From a virus (lineage: Duplodnaviria; Caudoviricetes): a stretch of DNA of 24,171 nt. The notes under the pieces were generated by a model that was given only the letters and a program-made list of their open reading frames with translations, searched no databases and was not told where the DNA came from. Every line of letters begins with the position of its first letter. The first letter of the stretch is position 1. A program made the position numbers and the translations under genes. The stretch lies in IMG/VR virus record IMGVR_UViG_3300025296_000128, positions 1-24,171 of that record. One strand, written 5' to 3'. This document shows, one piece after another, positions 16,701 to 24,171 of this stretch.

Positions 16701-18684
16701 GTCCTGCGCCGCGGGCGGCCCCGGCCCCCGGCTCCGGTCCTGCTGCAAATCCTAGCCGCTCTGATATAGCTGGACTCAACTGCTGGCGCTCGCGTCCGAG
16801 TACCAGGTTCCGGTAAACCCGCTCTGCGTGGTCTCCTCTCCCGATAGTCCGAAGCCAGTTATAGAAACCAACGGCAATCTCACGGATGCGACGAGCCGTT
16901 CGCGTGAAGACGCCACCCTGCGGAACGGTTCGCTCGGCTACATCACGCATCCCCCTGCTGGTAATCGCTTCGGCAAACCACTCCTCGAAAGCCGAGAGGC
17001 GATGGCCGAGTTCTGGCTTAACGCCTACGGTAGCCCCCCTGCTAACACGACGAGAGGCGGCTGCTGCTACTTCGCGCTGGTACTGCCGCCTCAAGAGAGC
17101 CAGGTCTTCTGGGGGCACGTACCGTTGAAGACTGTGAGATAACTCGTGTATGAGCACTTCATCGGGCCAGAAGGCAGAGTTAGCGATTACCTTGCGGTAA
17201 AGAGTCGCCAGCCCCAGTGCCGGGTCGTAAGTACCGAGCAGGCCGCGCGAGCCAACGACCTCGCCCCGCAAAAATGCCAGGTCGCCTGCCGTTGGCTCGC
17301 TCCTGATAGATAGCCCAACGTCTTCCAGAAGTTCATCCGGGAGAGCACGGATAAACGCCTCACCGTAGTCAGTTTCACCGGCGATGCCGGGAGTGCCAAG
17401 ATTGCCTTCAAGCTGCAAGCGGTCAATCAGAGCGGCTCGACCGCGGGCGATATTCTCTCCGCGTGCCATGCGCTTGATGTTTGTCAGGCCCGGCTGTGGC
17501 CCCCTCCACGGCTCCTTCTGAAGTGACAGGTCATCTCCAACTACCCTCGTGATACGCCTGCCGCTCCACGTTTCGTAGCTGACTCGCGTACCCGGCGTTG
17601 TAAGGACAGTATCAACTTCGCCTTCTGCAAGACTGTCAAGATTGACCACGCGTCCTGTTCGAGACGGCTGTCGAGGCGTCGGTAGAAGTGGTCGGTCCGG
17701 TAACGTGACAGCACCGGGAGAAATCTCAGCCCGGAGCCTCTCGACACTCCCGCGCACAGCCGTACCAGCCCGTCGTCCTGCGGCCCCAACTGCCCCCTGA
17801 GTAGCTTCTCTAGTTATCGCTTTTGCGGCTGCTCCGACTGCTCCAGCTCCTCGTACAGCAGCTTTAGTGGCACCTAGCGGAGGAATATTTAACGGGTTAA
17901 ACGCCTCCGCCCCGGCCTCTGCGCCACCGAGAGTCCACAACGCCTCACCCGGTTCCTGAAGGAAGGGGATACCGGGAATAATAGGCATCTGAAAGAACTC
18001 GGGACTCGTTCGCTGCAACGCGCGCGCCTCGGGCGTCTGAGGGTCTATCTCTCCCAGCCTGGGACCGAGTGCCCGTTCTTCTTCAACTGCTTGCAGAAAC
18101 TCAGGAGGAGCGCCTGCCCAGAAGCCCTGGCCGGTCGCTGCGGCATAGGCAGCAAAGGTATCCGCACCCAGCCGTTGCGCGAACTCCCCCAGCCTTCCCA
18201 GCCTGTATGTAAAAGGCTTACCCTGTTGTTCCTCAACGGAGGGAATGGCGACCTGCCCCTCTACTGGAGGAGGAGTCGGCGCAGTTCTGAGTGCGTAAAA
18301 GTCTTCAAGCTCCTCCGTGCTGGCCCAGGTGGGAGGCGTAAGGCCACTCTCCAGGTACTTCTGCGTAATCAGGCGTCGCCGCTCTAAGTCCATCGGGCTG
18401 GGAGTCGCCAGCAGCCCCATGCCTTGTGGAATTGGCTCTGGCCGGGCTACGGGAGTTGTAATAAGAGGAGTCTCTATTCCGAGTTGACCTGGCTGGGCTA
18501 CGGGGGTCGTCCGCGGCCCTGCGCCGGCAACCTGGCCCAGGCTGGCGCGTTCCTCTTCAAAGGCAGCGGCTGCCTGCGTTATGAAGTCAGAAAAGAGGCG
18601 CGGGTTGGCAACGCGCACCTGTGGCCCGAACGACTGCCGTGCGACGCGGTTCAGGCGGTCAATCTCACCAGCCTGATTGACCAT
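13711..18684 (-). CDS. Large polyvalent / internal virion (DNA ejection-like) protein with zincin-like HExxH domain, 1657 aa
   Basis: Long, mostly helical A/R/E/G-rich ORF. LGTYDP...EVLIHELSH...EEWFAE resembles the metallopeptidase-like domains of phage polyvalent proteins. There is a hydrophobic segment near the C-terminus. Confidence 0.65.
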   Translation of the reverse strand: MVNQAGEIDRLNRVARQSFGPQVRVANPRLFSDFITQAAAAFEEERASLGQVAGAGPRTTPVAQPGQLGIETPLITTPVARPEPIPQGMGLLATPSPMDLERRRLITQKYLESGLTPPTWASTEELEDFYALRTAPTPPPVEGQVAIPSVEEQQGKPFTYRLGRLGEFAQRLGADTFAAYAAATGQGFWAGAPPEFLQAVEEERALGPRLGEIDPQTPEARALQRTSPEFFQMPIIPGIPFLQEPGEALWTLGGAEAGAEAFNPLNIPPLGATKAAVRGAGAVGAAAKAITREATQGAVGAAGRRAGTAVRGSVERLRAEISPGAVTLPDRPLLPTPRQPSRTGRVVNLDSLAEGEVDTVLTTPGTRVSYETWSGRRITRVVGDDLSLQKEPWRGPQPGLTNIKRMARGENIARGRAALIDRLQLEGNLGTPGIAGETDYGEAFIRALPDELLEDVGLSIRSEPTAGDLAFLRGEVVGSRGLLGTYDPALGLATLYRKVIANSAFWPDEVLIHELSHSLQRYVPPEDLALLRRQYQREVAAAASRRVSRGATVGVKPELGHRLSAFEEWFAEAITSRGMRDVAERTVPQGGVFTRTARRIREIAVGFYNWLRTIGRGDHAERVYRNLVLGRERQQLSPAISERLGFAAGPEPGAGAARGAGLPEGAAGLPGGGDPILPDDIIQSIARVRQAADEGAETVRREGIKIEELPEDEIRAEIIGEALGDEIADLTKEMRRRGVNLTPEIVAESRASLNAIARIGNPARTLGAADRENSLLWDVIAERHGGKSVTSPFEIVGDQSVGGRLGDRLLVDTENPQIAAEVAADIDQIAAETRRALFGIEAEARIGPVPRALPEAQQAATTAPTQPPAAAAARGAGEVVPAVRAQQLLDTIKNTPEATFEEAVDIAAKDLFEVHGEGNFWTVAWQAKGPFKDIELGWRYLGSTSTRGIPSKAKAENFAREFGIKNTLKNKSFAVGAKDLTADPGNQMSLVREALIRTGKFDISPARQATRAADVAPTAPIRPPTGAAAAREAVGGIPERPRVATAFDTGIAAPEQIDVLKAANNPPPPVREAEGLVTGRWFSEADIDALVAVRNNLPVSAETQGVLATEKLTRLLRQAEVATEETIRLRAEELRGITARAAGAAEAVSPRGAGPAARGQLGGERALGQFEPLRPQFTDDDLDSLFGRIWGTDDRFFTKLNADTALTNLLQGHIPTPSELRLLRERFGPELVRAARDLRPLSQRVRENVIEVLNIPQVLRSSFDFSAPLRQGILLSAGHPREFVKSFVPMFRAAFDPAEFRRINANIVAHPDFDRLVNEGGLFLHDVEGTIGLALREEAFMGRILQRIPVLGAGIKASERGFATYLNKLRFDVATNTLDNWRSAGIKVTPDRVRRMNRWLNVATGRGRLGKFESIGPELNAAFWSPRLVMSRIQAPLSIFERDPVIRKMVVGDLLKFFGAGMAILGLIKASNAAEVELNPRSSDFGKVRVGPSRVEFWGGMQPIARYLAQAVSGSRKTVTGKAAGATVPQPPSDTIIRFLRSKLAPGLPSIVANRVFQETFIGEDLDEASGLLTEEYGVEVTAEQRELFGQLVPLIIVDILEGVEEQGLLGGAIGATALFGTGTTAFGGPTGTQGRGGPVAKGRRSAADPRHFARFE

Positions 18685-18999
18685 TTACCGGGGGAAGTTG
18701 AATAGCGTCGGCGTTACGAGCGGCGTAGTGCGCCCTGCTGAAAGCGACGGCATCCGCAACAGTTGGCGCTGCGGGTCGAACTGCTGCTCCAGGAAGCCGC
18801 GGAACGTCGGTGTCTGCTCGCCTTCACGTATCCGTTGGCCATACTGGCCAAGGAAGCGGTTGAAGGTGGGCGCAAACTGTGCCGAAAGAGCCTGGCGCTG
18901 CTTGCCGAAGAGGTCCTGCGGCAGTAACGACTCAAAGATGAGCCGTCTACCAAACTCATCTTGCTCGAAGAGATTGAATGCCTCGGGCCACTCCGGCAT
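18685..18999 (-). CDS. Hypothetical protein (possible small internal virion protein), 104 aa
   Basis: Abuts both neighbours (3-nt and 0-nt gaps); F/Q/R-rich. Confidence 0.65.
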   Translation of the reverse strand: MPEWPEAFNLFEQDEFGRRLIFESLLPQDLFGKQRQALSAQFAPTFNRFLGQYGQRIREGEQTPTFRGFLEQQFDPQRQLLRMPSLSAGRTTPLVTPTLFNFPR

Positions 19000-19002
19000 C
19001 GG

Positions 19003-19794
19003 CTACATTCCAAGGCCGAGAAGTCTGTTTGCGAAGGGGGCGAATCTCGCTGCACCACCCGTGGGCTGCGCCATATACTGCTGCCCAATCTCCCCGGCAC
19101 CCGGAAGCAACGCTGGGGCAAATGTTCCGTACCGTTGACGGGCTGCCATGAGAGCCAGATTTGCTGCCCGAATCGCCTCATCTGTTATTGATGGCGTGAG
19201 CCACGGCTGCTGTACCGCAGACGGAGCCTCTCCCGCCAGCTCTCGCGACCGGTCAAGCATCGTCTGGAACACGCTGCTCGCTGCGCCTGGCAGGGCTGAA
19301 AACGGCGTTTCACGCGCGAATGTCTGCATCGTCTGGTGAGGACTGAGGAGCGGTGCGACGTCCAAACCCCCTTCCGGGCCAGCGCCAGAGACCGGGGTCT
19401 CAAATGCCCTCTGGCCCATTGCCGTAGCCCTGTATCCGGGGAACTGGCTGGCGAGGAACCGGGAGAACGGACTACCCCCGCTTACCGGCGTACCTCTTTC
19501 CTGCAGCCCTCGCCTGAAACCAGAGATGTACGACGTTTCCTCTTCGGGTGCTATGGGACCAGTGGGCAGGATGCCAGGCCCCTCTCCGACGACAAGCCCC
19601 GGTGCGGTGCCTGCTATGGTTGCGCCTTCTGGGAGGCTTTCGGGTCCTGAGAGGAGGTTTACGGTGTCCACAGACGAGCCGCCCCAGAAAGCATTGGGCA
19701 TCCCAAACGCAGCAGATTGCGCATCGCCCTGACGACCCGCGGGAATGGTGAAATATAACGTCCTGCCGTCCTTCAGCTTTACTTCAAGAACCAT
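19003..19794 (-). CDS. Hypothetical protein (possible internal virion protein), 263 aa
   Basis: Starts 3 nt after the portal stop; G/A/P-rich. Confidence 0.65.
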   Translation of the reverse strand: MVLEVKLKDGRTLYFTIPAGRQGDAQSAAFGMPNAFWGGSSVDTVNLLSGPESLPEGATIAGTAPGLVVGEGPGILPTGPIAPEEETSYISGFRRGLQERGTPVSGGSPFSRFLASQFPGYRATAMGQRAFETPVSGAGPEGGLDVAPLLSPHQTMQTFARETPFSALPGAASSVFQTMLDRSRELAGEAPSAVQQPWLTPSITDEAIRAANLALMAARQRYGTFAPALLPGAGEIGQQYMAQPTGGAARFAPFANRLLGLGM

Positions 19795-19797
19795 CTT

Positions 19798-21858
19798 TTA
19801 CGCTCCCAACTCCAGTCCTATCTCAGCCAGTCTCGCCTCGATGTCCTCGCGTTCTGCTGCGCCACGCGTGTTCGAGCCAGCCGTCGGCGACGGCGCGTTG
19901 CCGGTGCCGCGCAACTCTGCCACGCCCATACCACCTGCCGCTGGATTCCCAAGTATACCCGCGGAGCCATTCGGGCTAGCGCCACCACCAGCACCTGCGG
20001 CGCTGCCGTTCGTCTCGGTACCCGGCGGTGCGACGACGCCCTGCGCGGCCTGCATCAGTTGCGCGACGCCGGACTGTATCTGGACGGTGTGCATGAGCGC
20101 CGCCAGTTGAAGCTGGTCGAAGGTGATGGCGATGAGTTGCTCGTCGCCGGTGCGCTGCGCTGCCTCGAACTGTGCCAGTGCGAGGGCAACGGGAGACGAG
20201 TTACGTGCCAGCGACTCCATGTTCTGGGAGTGAATCGTATCTGACGACTGCATCTTGAGTATTCGCTCGCGCACGAACTGCGCAGAGCCGAGGGTTTCGT
20301 TCGTCCCCGGAATCGGCTGCATGTAGAACTGTGCCTGCTGCAGCCGCTGCACGTCGTCCTCGGGAAGCGTCAGCGCCATCTCGATTTCGAGGTTGTCGTG
20401 GCCCTGAATCTCCTCGGCCATGATTGCGCGGCTGAACGGCACGTTATCGAAGCGGCGGCCTGCAACGTCAATCGGGGCGAAAGCGCCCGTCTCGAACTGG
20501 CCGACCATCACCTCGAAAGCGCCCTCAATCACCATCTCGATGGCCCCCATGCGCGGGAGCACCTTGTGTTCAAGGTTGGAGCCTAGTTGCCTGAGAGCGA
20601 CTGCCGAGAGGGGCTTGTCGAGGATGCCGAACGCCTGTGGCGGCAGCGAGCCTGTGATTTCATCCTGTGCCAGGAGTTGCAGCAGGACCGAGCCTGCTCG
20701 CTGCAGGTCGGGCTGCTCCATGAGGCCCACCGCCTCCTGGTTGGCGGTAGACAGCGGGATTTCGGAGCCTTTCTCGTTGGCCGAGTCGCCCAGCTCCGTT
20801 GTGCCGTCGAGTGATGAGACCAGTTTCTGGGGGTCGGAAGCCTTGCCCATCAGGTCCATGAGATAGCTTGCCGAGCGCTCAATCTTGTCCCAGACCGTGC
20901 GGTTCTCGGCGAATATCGACTCGGCGAAGGCTTCCTTCATATTCGTCCCGTCGTGCCGGTCGGTCGGTCCCCGCAGCGGCACCTCGTCGGCGGGCACGGC
21001 GATTACGGGGAAGTGCAGGCAGAAGATGCGTGTCTCCATCTGTGCCCACTGGTCGTCGATGAGCACGCCCCGCAGGTAGACCCACGGATGGGAGTCAAAC
21101 GGGTCTTGCGAGGAGGCGTCGAAATCGGGGTTCTCCGCGCGCCGGTAGTAGTCGTAGACGGCCTCTCCGGGATGCGTGGCGTCGTCGCGGTCGTCCTCTT
21201 CTGCGAACCTGAAGCGCGGGTATCGCTCGCGAATCAGGTTGCGTCGCTGGTGGGTGCGGTAGGCGCACCACAGCGGCTCGTCCTCGCCCTTCAGAATCAC
21301 GAGGTGGCGCGGGTCGAACGGCTGCATGTCCTCGAACGTCTCGCCGTTTGGCTTCTTTCTCAGGAAGGCGCGCATCGCCACCCAGCCGCCCATGATTGTT
21401 GCGTGGGCTGCGAGTGCTCCCTGGATGGACCTCTCGTTGCGCCTCCTGCGCCTGCGGTTGGCGTTGGTCCACATGCCGACCACGAGGTCTTCGAGTGCGT
21501 CGTTGACCTCCCGCTTGCCGCCCTGCATCTGCTTGGCGTCGGGGACGCGGAAGGACGGGATGACGCCGTTCAGGAAGGCGATTACCTTCTGTGCGAGGAC
21601 GCGTGGCCGGTTGGTCGTAATGGCATCCTCGGAGGCGATGCCCTCTGCGGGGTCTGGCTCGAACTCTTCGAGGTTCCAGAGCGCCCAGTCGTCGTCCATC
21701 CGGTCGTGGAGCGCCTTCTCGGCAACGAACTCCTCCTCGATTTCACCGAAGATACGAGCGGCGCGCTCGCGCTCGCGCTGCGTGAGACGGCGCGGCTTCT
21801 CGGGTGCTCGGAGCACGGGCTGCTCGGGTGCTCGCAGCACAGGCTGCTCGGTTGTCAC
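19798..21858 (-). CDS. Portal (head-to-tail connector) protein (~686 aa)
   Basis: Downstream of terL, podoviral portal-like size and segments (ITTNRPRVLAQKVI, MQPFDPRHL, LPPQAFG...LSAVALRQL) with a low-complexity C-tail. The start is re-called to GTG 21858 (GTGA overlap with the upstream stop; track: 21951). Confidence 0.75.
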   Translation of the reverse strand: MTTEQPVLRAPEQPVLRAPEKPRRLTQRERERAARIFGEIEEEFVAEKALHDRMDDDWALWNLEEFEPDPAEGIASEDAITTNRPRVLAQKVIAFLNGVIPSFRVPDAKQMQGGKREVNDALEDLVVGMWTNANRRRRRRNERSIQGALAAHATIMGGWVAMRAFLRKKPNGETFEDMQPFDPRHLVILKGEDEPLWCAYRTHQRRNLIRERYPRFRFAEEDDRDDATHPGEAVYDYYRRAENPDFDASSQDPFDSHPWVYLRGVLIDDQWAQMETRIFCLHFPVIAVPADEVPLRGPTDRHDGTNMKEAFAESIFAENRTVWDKIERSASYLMDLMGKASDPQKLVSSLDGTTELGDSANEKGSEIPLSTANQEAVGLMEQPDLQRAGSVLLQLLAQDEITGSLPPQAFGILDKPLSAVALRQLGSNLEHKVLPRMGAIEMVIEGAFEVMVGQFETGAFAPIDVAGRRFDNVPFSRAIMAEEIQGHDNLEIEMALTLPEDDVQRLQQAQFYMQPIPGTNETLGSAQFVRERILKMQSSDTIHSQNMESLARNSSPVALALAQFEAAQRTGDEQLIAITFDQLQLAALMHTVQIQSGVAQLMQAAQGVVAPPGTETNGSAAGAGGGASPNGSAGILGNPAAGGMGVAELRGTGNAPSPTAGSNTRGAAEREDIEARLAEIGLELGA
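21802..21849. repeat. 24-bp tandem duplication (2 copies) encoding EQPVLRAP x2 at the portal N-terminus
   Basis: gggtgctcggagcacgggctgctc and gggtgctcgcagcacaggctgctc differ at 2 synonymous positions. Confidence 0.85.
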
Positions 21859-22265
21859 GGGCTGAAAGACTCCACCCGGAACTGCTGGCCGCACTCGAAG
21901 CAGACGGCCACGCTGGCATAAAGGCGCTTGAGCGGGGCGGCGTGTGAGCACGCCGAGGAGTTAGCGTCGCCGCCCGCGCTCAAGTCTGCGCCCTGAGACT
22001 TTCCGCCGGGAGCGGAATTAGCACCGTCAGTCTCCGGTTCGGTGAGGGTATCGAACGGGAACTCCGTGCCCTCGACCGGCTGGAACGGTACTGAAATCGC
22101 CCGTTCGGCAGCCGTGAGTGGCTGGATATCGTAGCGCATCTCCGGTGGTCTCAGGTGCTTCGGCGTGCTGGCGTAATAGCCCTCGTTCGTCGCCTTCAAG
22201 AGGGCTTCCCAGTCATGGCCGCCTGCGTCCATCGGCCACGGGTCTGAGAAGTGGAACTTGCTCAT
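21855..22265 (-). CDS. Hypothetical protein with C-terminal Zn-ribbon-like motif, 136 aa
   Basis: ATGA overlap with the terL stop; CSH..(12)..CFECG motif. Confidence 0.65.
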   Translation of the reverse strand: MSKFHFSDPWPMDAGGHDWEALLKATNEGYYASTPKHLRPPEMRYDIQPLTAAERAISVPFQPVEGTEFPFDTLTEPETDGANSAPGGKSQGADLSAGGDANSSACSHAAPLKRLYASVAVCFECGQQFRVESFSP

Positions 22266-23878
22266 GCGTACACCCTGCGGTCTCTTCGCCGCTTTACCTT
22301 GATGCGCCTGCGCTCCTGGTTAGCCGTAGCATACCCGAACTGGTTCACAAACAGATACGTGAGAGCCTTTATGCCGTCGCAGTATTCGTCACGCGGGTTG
22401 CCGCCGACAACCGAGCCTGAGCGGTCTTTCTGCCACGAGTAGACGTGAATCTGGCCGTCAAACGGATTGGTTGCGCCGCCAAGCTCAGATATTACACCCC
22501 TGCATTTCGGGTCGAAGACAAGGTACGGCTCGCCGCAGGCTGCACAGACCGACAGCATGGAGTCGAAGCGGTCGATTCCCGGCCGGATGTTCACCTTCTG
22601 GTTGAGCAGGACCAGTCCGGTCTTCTTGAGCCAGACCTCGACGTTGGACTCCATTGCGCCTGCGTGTGCGACGCCTGCAACGTCCACGACGGCGGTCTTG
22701 AGCTTCGATTTCCACCACGTCTGCTGCACCGTCATGTCGCAAATCTGCTCGGCAGTCATCTCCTTCTCGAATATCTCGTGAGTCACCCAGAAGTGGTGGT
22801 TCAGGCACGGCACTGGCCGTCGCTGCGCCACTTCCACGGCGTAAGTCGAGCTTCTGCCGCTGTAGCCGGGGTCGATTCCGATATAAACCGGCTCTTCCGG
22901 GTCGTACTCCGTCATCTGCACGTGGACGGTCGGGTCAAAGGCATGATGGACGCGGCCCGTGGGCGGTGCAGGAATGGCAAGCACCCGCTCCTTGTAGGCG
23001 GTTTCCGAAATCGACGCTGCGATTTCCAGTATCGCCGGGTCGTTCGCGCCACCCTGGTAGGCAAAGATGTTGGAAAACGACGGCATCGAGAAGGAGGCAA
23101 CGTTCTCCGCCTCCTGCACCGCCGGGGACTTCCATTTCGTAAGAAGCGTCGGATACCAGCCAAGCGACCCCTCCAGTGTTCCACTCAGGAGAATTGCGCC
23201 GTAACCGGGGAACATGGAACGCGCACGCCCAACCCTCGAACGGAGCCTCTCGTAGGCATCCGGCGACACCAGCGCCGCCTCGCAGACCATCACGACCACG
23301 GGAGACTCTGCCCTGAGCGACTGCGTGGAGTCAGACGAACGGGTCTTCACGATGAAGTCCCCACCCGGAACCCTCACCGTAATCTCGCCAGGGTCAACAC
23401 GCTTGCTGGCACGCACCTTGAAAGGAGTCGTCCTCAGCCAGTCACGAAGATTCCCGAACTCCTGGGCAGTAAGCTCGTAGTTGTCCGCAACAAGCCACGC
23501 AACCTCGCCAGCAGCCCGCCCGGAACCCGCATACTGGCCCAGGAACGCCAGAATCACCCCGAAAGCCTTCATGGAAACAGAGTTCGACTTCCCGGCCTGC
23601 TCACCACCCGTCCCCATCACCGTCAGATGGTCGTCAGCAAGGAAATCCTCCTGGTAAGAGTACTCAGAAGCCAGCTCAGGCCCGAGAAAACCACCACACG
23701 CAGGACACTCACGACCCGTAGGAATATAGCCACAACCCGGATGACGCTCAGAATCAGAATCCGGCAACTCACGCCACACAAGACGCATCGGCTCACCACT
23801 CAACTGCGATAACCGCTGCCTCCCCACAGGCAACGGGGCTGGCTCGCGAGCACCCGGCAACACGTCAGTTACGTCCAT
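22262..23878 (-). CDS. terL: Terminase large subunit, 538 aa
   Basis: Walker A GGEQAGKS, Walker B-position VVMVCEAA, coupling motif SGT, RNase H-like nuclease start YIGIDPG and C-terminal DEYCDGIKALTY. It is the first gene of the morphogenesis module. Confidence 0.88.
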   Translation of the reverse strand: MDVTDVLPGAREPAPLPVGRQRLSQLSGEPMRLVWRELPDSDSERHPGCGYIPTGRECPACGGFLGPELASEYSYQEDFLADDHLTVMGTGGEQAGKSNSVSMKAFGVILAFLGQYAGSGRAAGEVAWLVADNYELTAQEFGNLRDWLRTTPFKVRASKRVDPGEITVRVPGGDFIVKTRSSDSTQSLRAESPVVVMVCEAALVSPDAYERLRSRVGRARSMFPGYGAILLSGTLEGSLGWYPTLLTKWKSPAVQEAENVASFSMPSFSNIFAYQGGANDPAILEIAASISETAYKERVLAIPAPPTGRVHHAFDPTVHVQMTEYDPEEPVYIGIDPGYSGRSSTYAVEVAQRRPVPCLNHHFWVTHEIFEKEMTAEQICDMTVQQTWWKSKLKTAVVDVAGVAHAGAMESNVEVWLKKTGLVLLNQKVNIRPGIDRFDSMLSVCAACGEPYLVFDPKCRGVISELGGATNPFDGQIHVYSWQKDRSGSVVGGNPRDEYCDGIKALTYLFVNQFGYATANQERRRIKVKRRRDRRVYA

Positions 23879-23955
23879 CAGTTCCCATTAGACAACAACT
23901 CCCCCCCAGTAGATTTTCAGAACACCGCCGGACAACAGCACCACGTTCCGAAAGC

Positions 23956-23964
23956 TGTGGATAA
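23956..23964 (-). promoter_or_regulatory. Single perfect DnaA-box consensus (TTATCCACA) in non-coding DNA upstream of terL
   Basis: The + strand reads TGTGGATAA. Only one copy was seen, and function is unproven. Confidence 0.3.
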
Positions 23965-24171
23965 CTACCCGACAGGAACTAATACTAACCGCCATAACCC
24001 GGCTACGCAGGCAGAAACCCGAAAACGCTGGCGAGATTCAGGAGGACACCCCTTACTCCCGTCGCCCACGGCCAGTCTAGGAGTACCCCCCTCGCGGGCG
24101 CGTGCGCGCGGGCGTACCGGGCGTGCGCGGGCGGTTCCATTCCCTGCCGCCGCCGCCTAGCCGCCGCCGCT

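Noticed and set aside
12902-23812. Long plus-strand ORFs (12902..13915, 15044..16291, 20953..21921, 22445..23812)
   Set aside because: They lie opposite well-supported minus-strand genes. Stop-poor antisense frames are expected in GC-rich DNA, and the translations lack recognisable motifs.
23957-24160. 67-aa plus-strand ORF as small terminase
   Set aside because: Wrong strand, low complexity, no HTH-like pattern or RBS.
1-24171. CRISPR array, tRNA, rRNA, intron/intein, reverse transcriptase/DGR
   Set aside because: No regularly spaced repeats, cloverleaf, splice motifs or RT motifs were noticed by eye. tRNAscan-SE and Rfam searches would be needed to exclude them formally.

Overview
The window is the virion morphogenesis module of a GC-rich tailed dsDNA phage, probably podovirus-like, since no tape measure, tube or sheath gene is visible. 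All credible genes are on the minus strand. In transcription order (right to left) they are: terminase large subunit, small Zn-motif protein, portal, two small proteins and one 1657-aa putative internal/ejection protein with an HExxH motif, scaffold, major capsid, C2H2-finger protein, capsid decoration-like protein, a sugar cassette, two hypotheticals, an HNH endonuclease, adaptor-like, small, nozzle-like and small tail proteins, and a tail fibre that runs off the left edge. The main discovery candidate is the tightly coupled cassette between head and tail genes. It encodes an FkbM-family methyltransferase, a NeuB-family nonulosonic (sialic) acid synthase, a NeuA-family CMP-nonulosonate synthetase and an unannotated 320-aa protein with Maf/Cst-II (GT42)-like sialyltransferase motifs. 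This looks like a phage-encoded make-activate-transfer-methylate system for coating the virion, or a host surface, with a sialic-acid-like sugar. It is preceded by a UUCG hairpin and a 32-codon leader ORF that runs through a hairpin masking the methyltransferase ribosome-binding site. All functional calls come from motifs and gene order read by eye; no searches were run.
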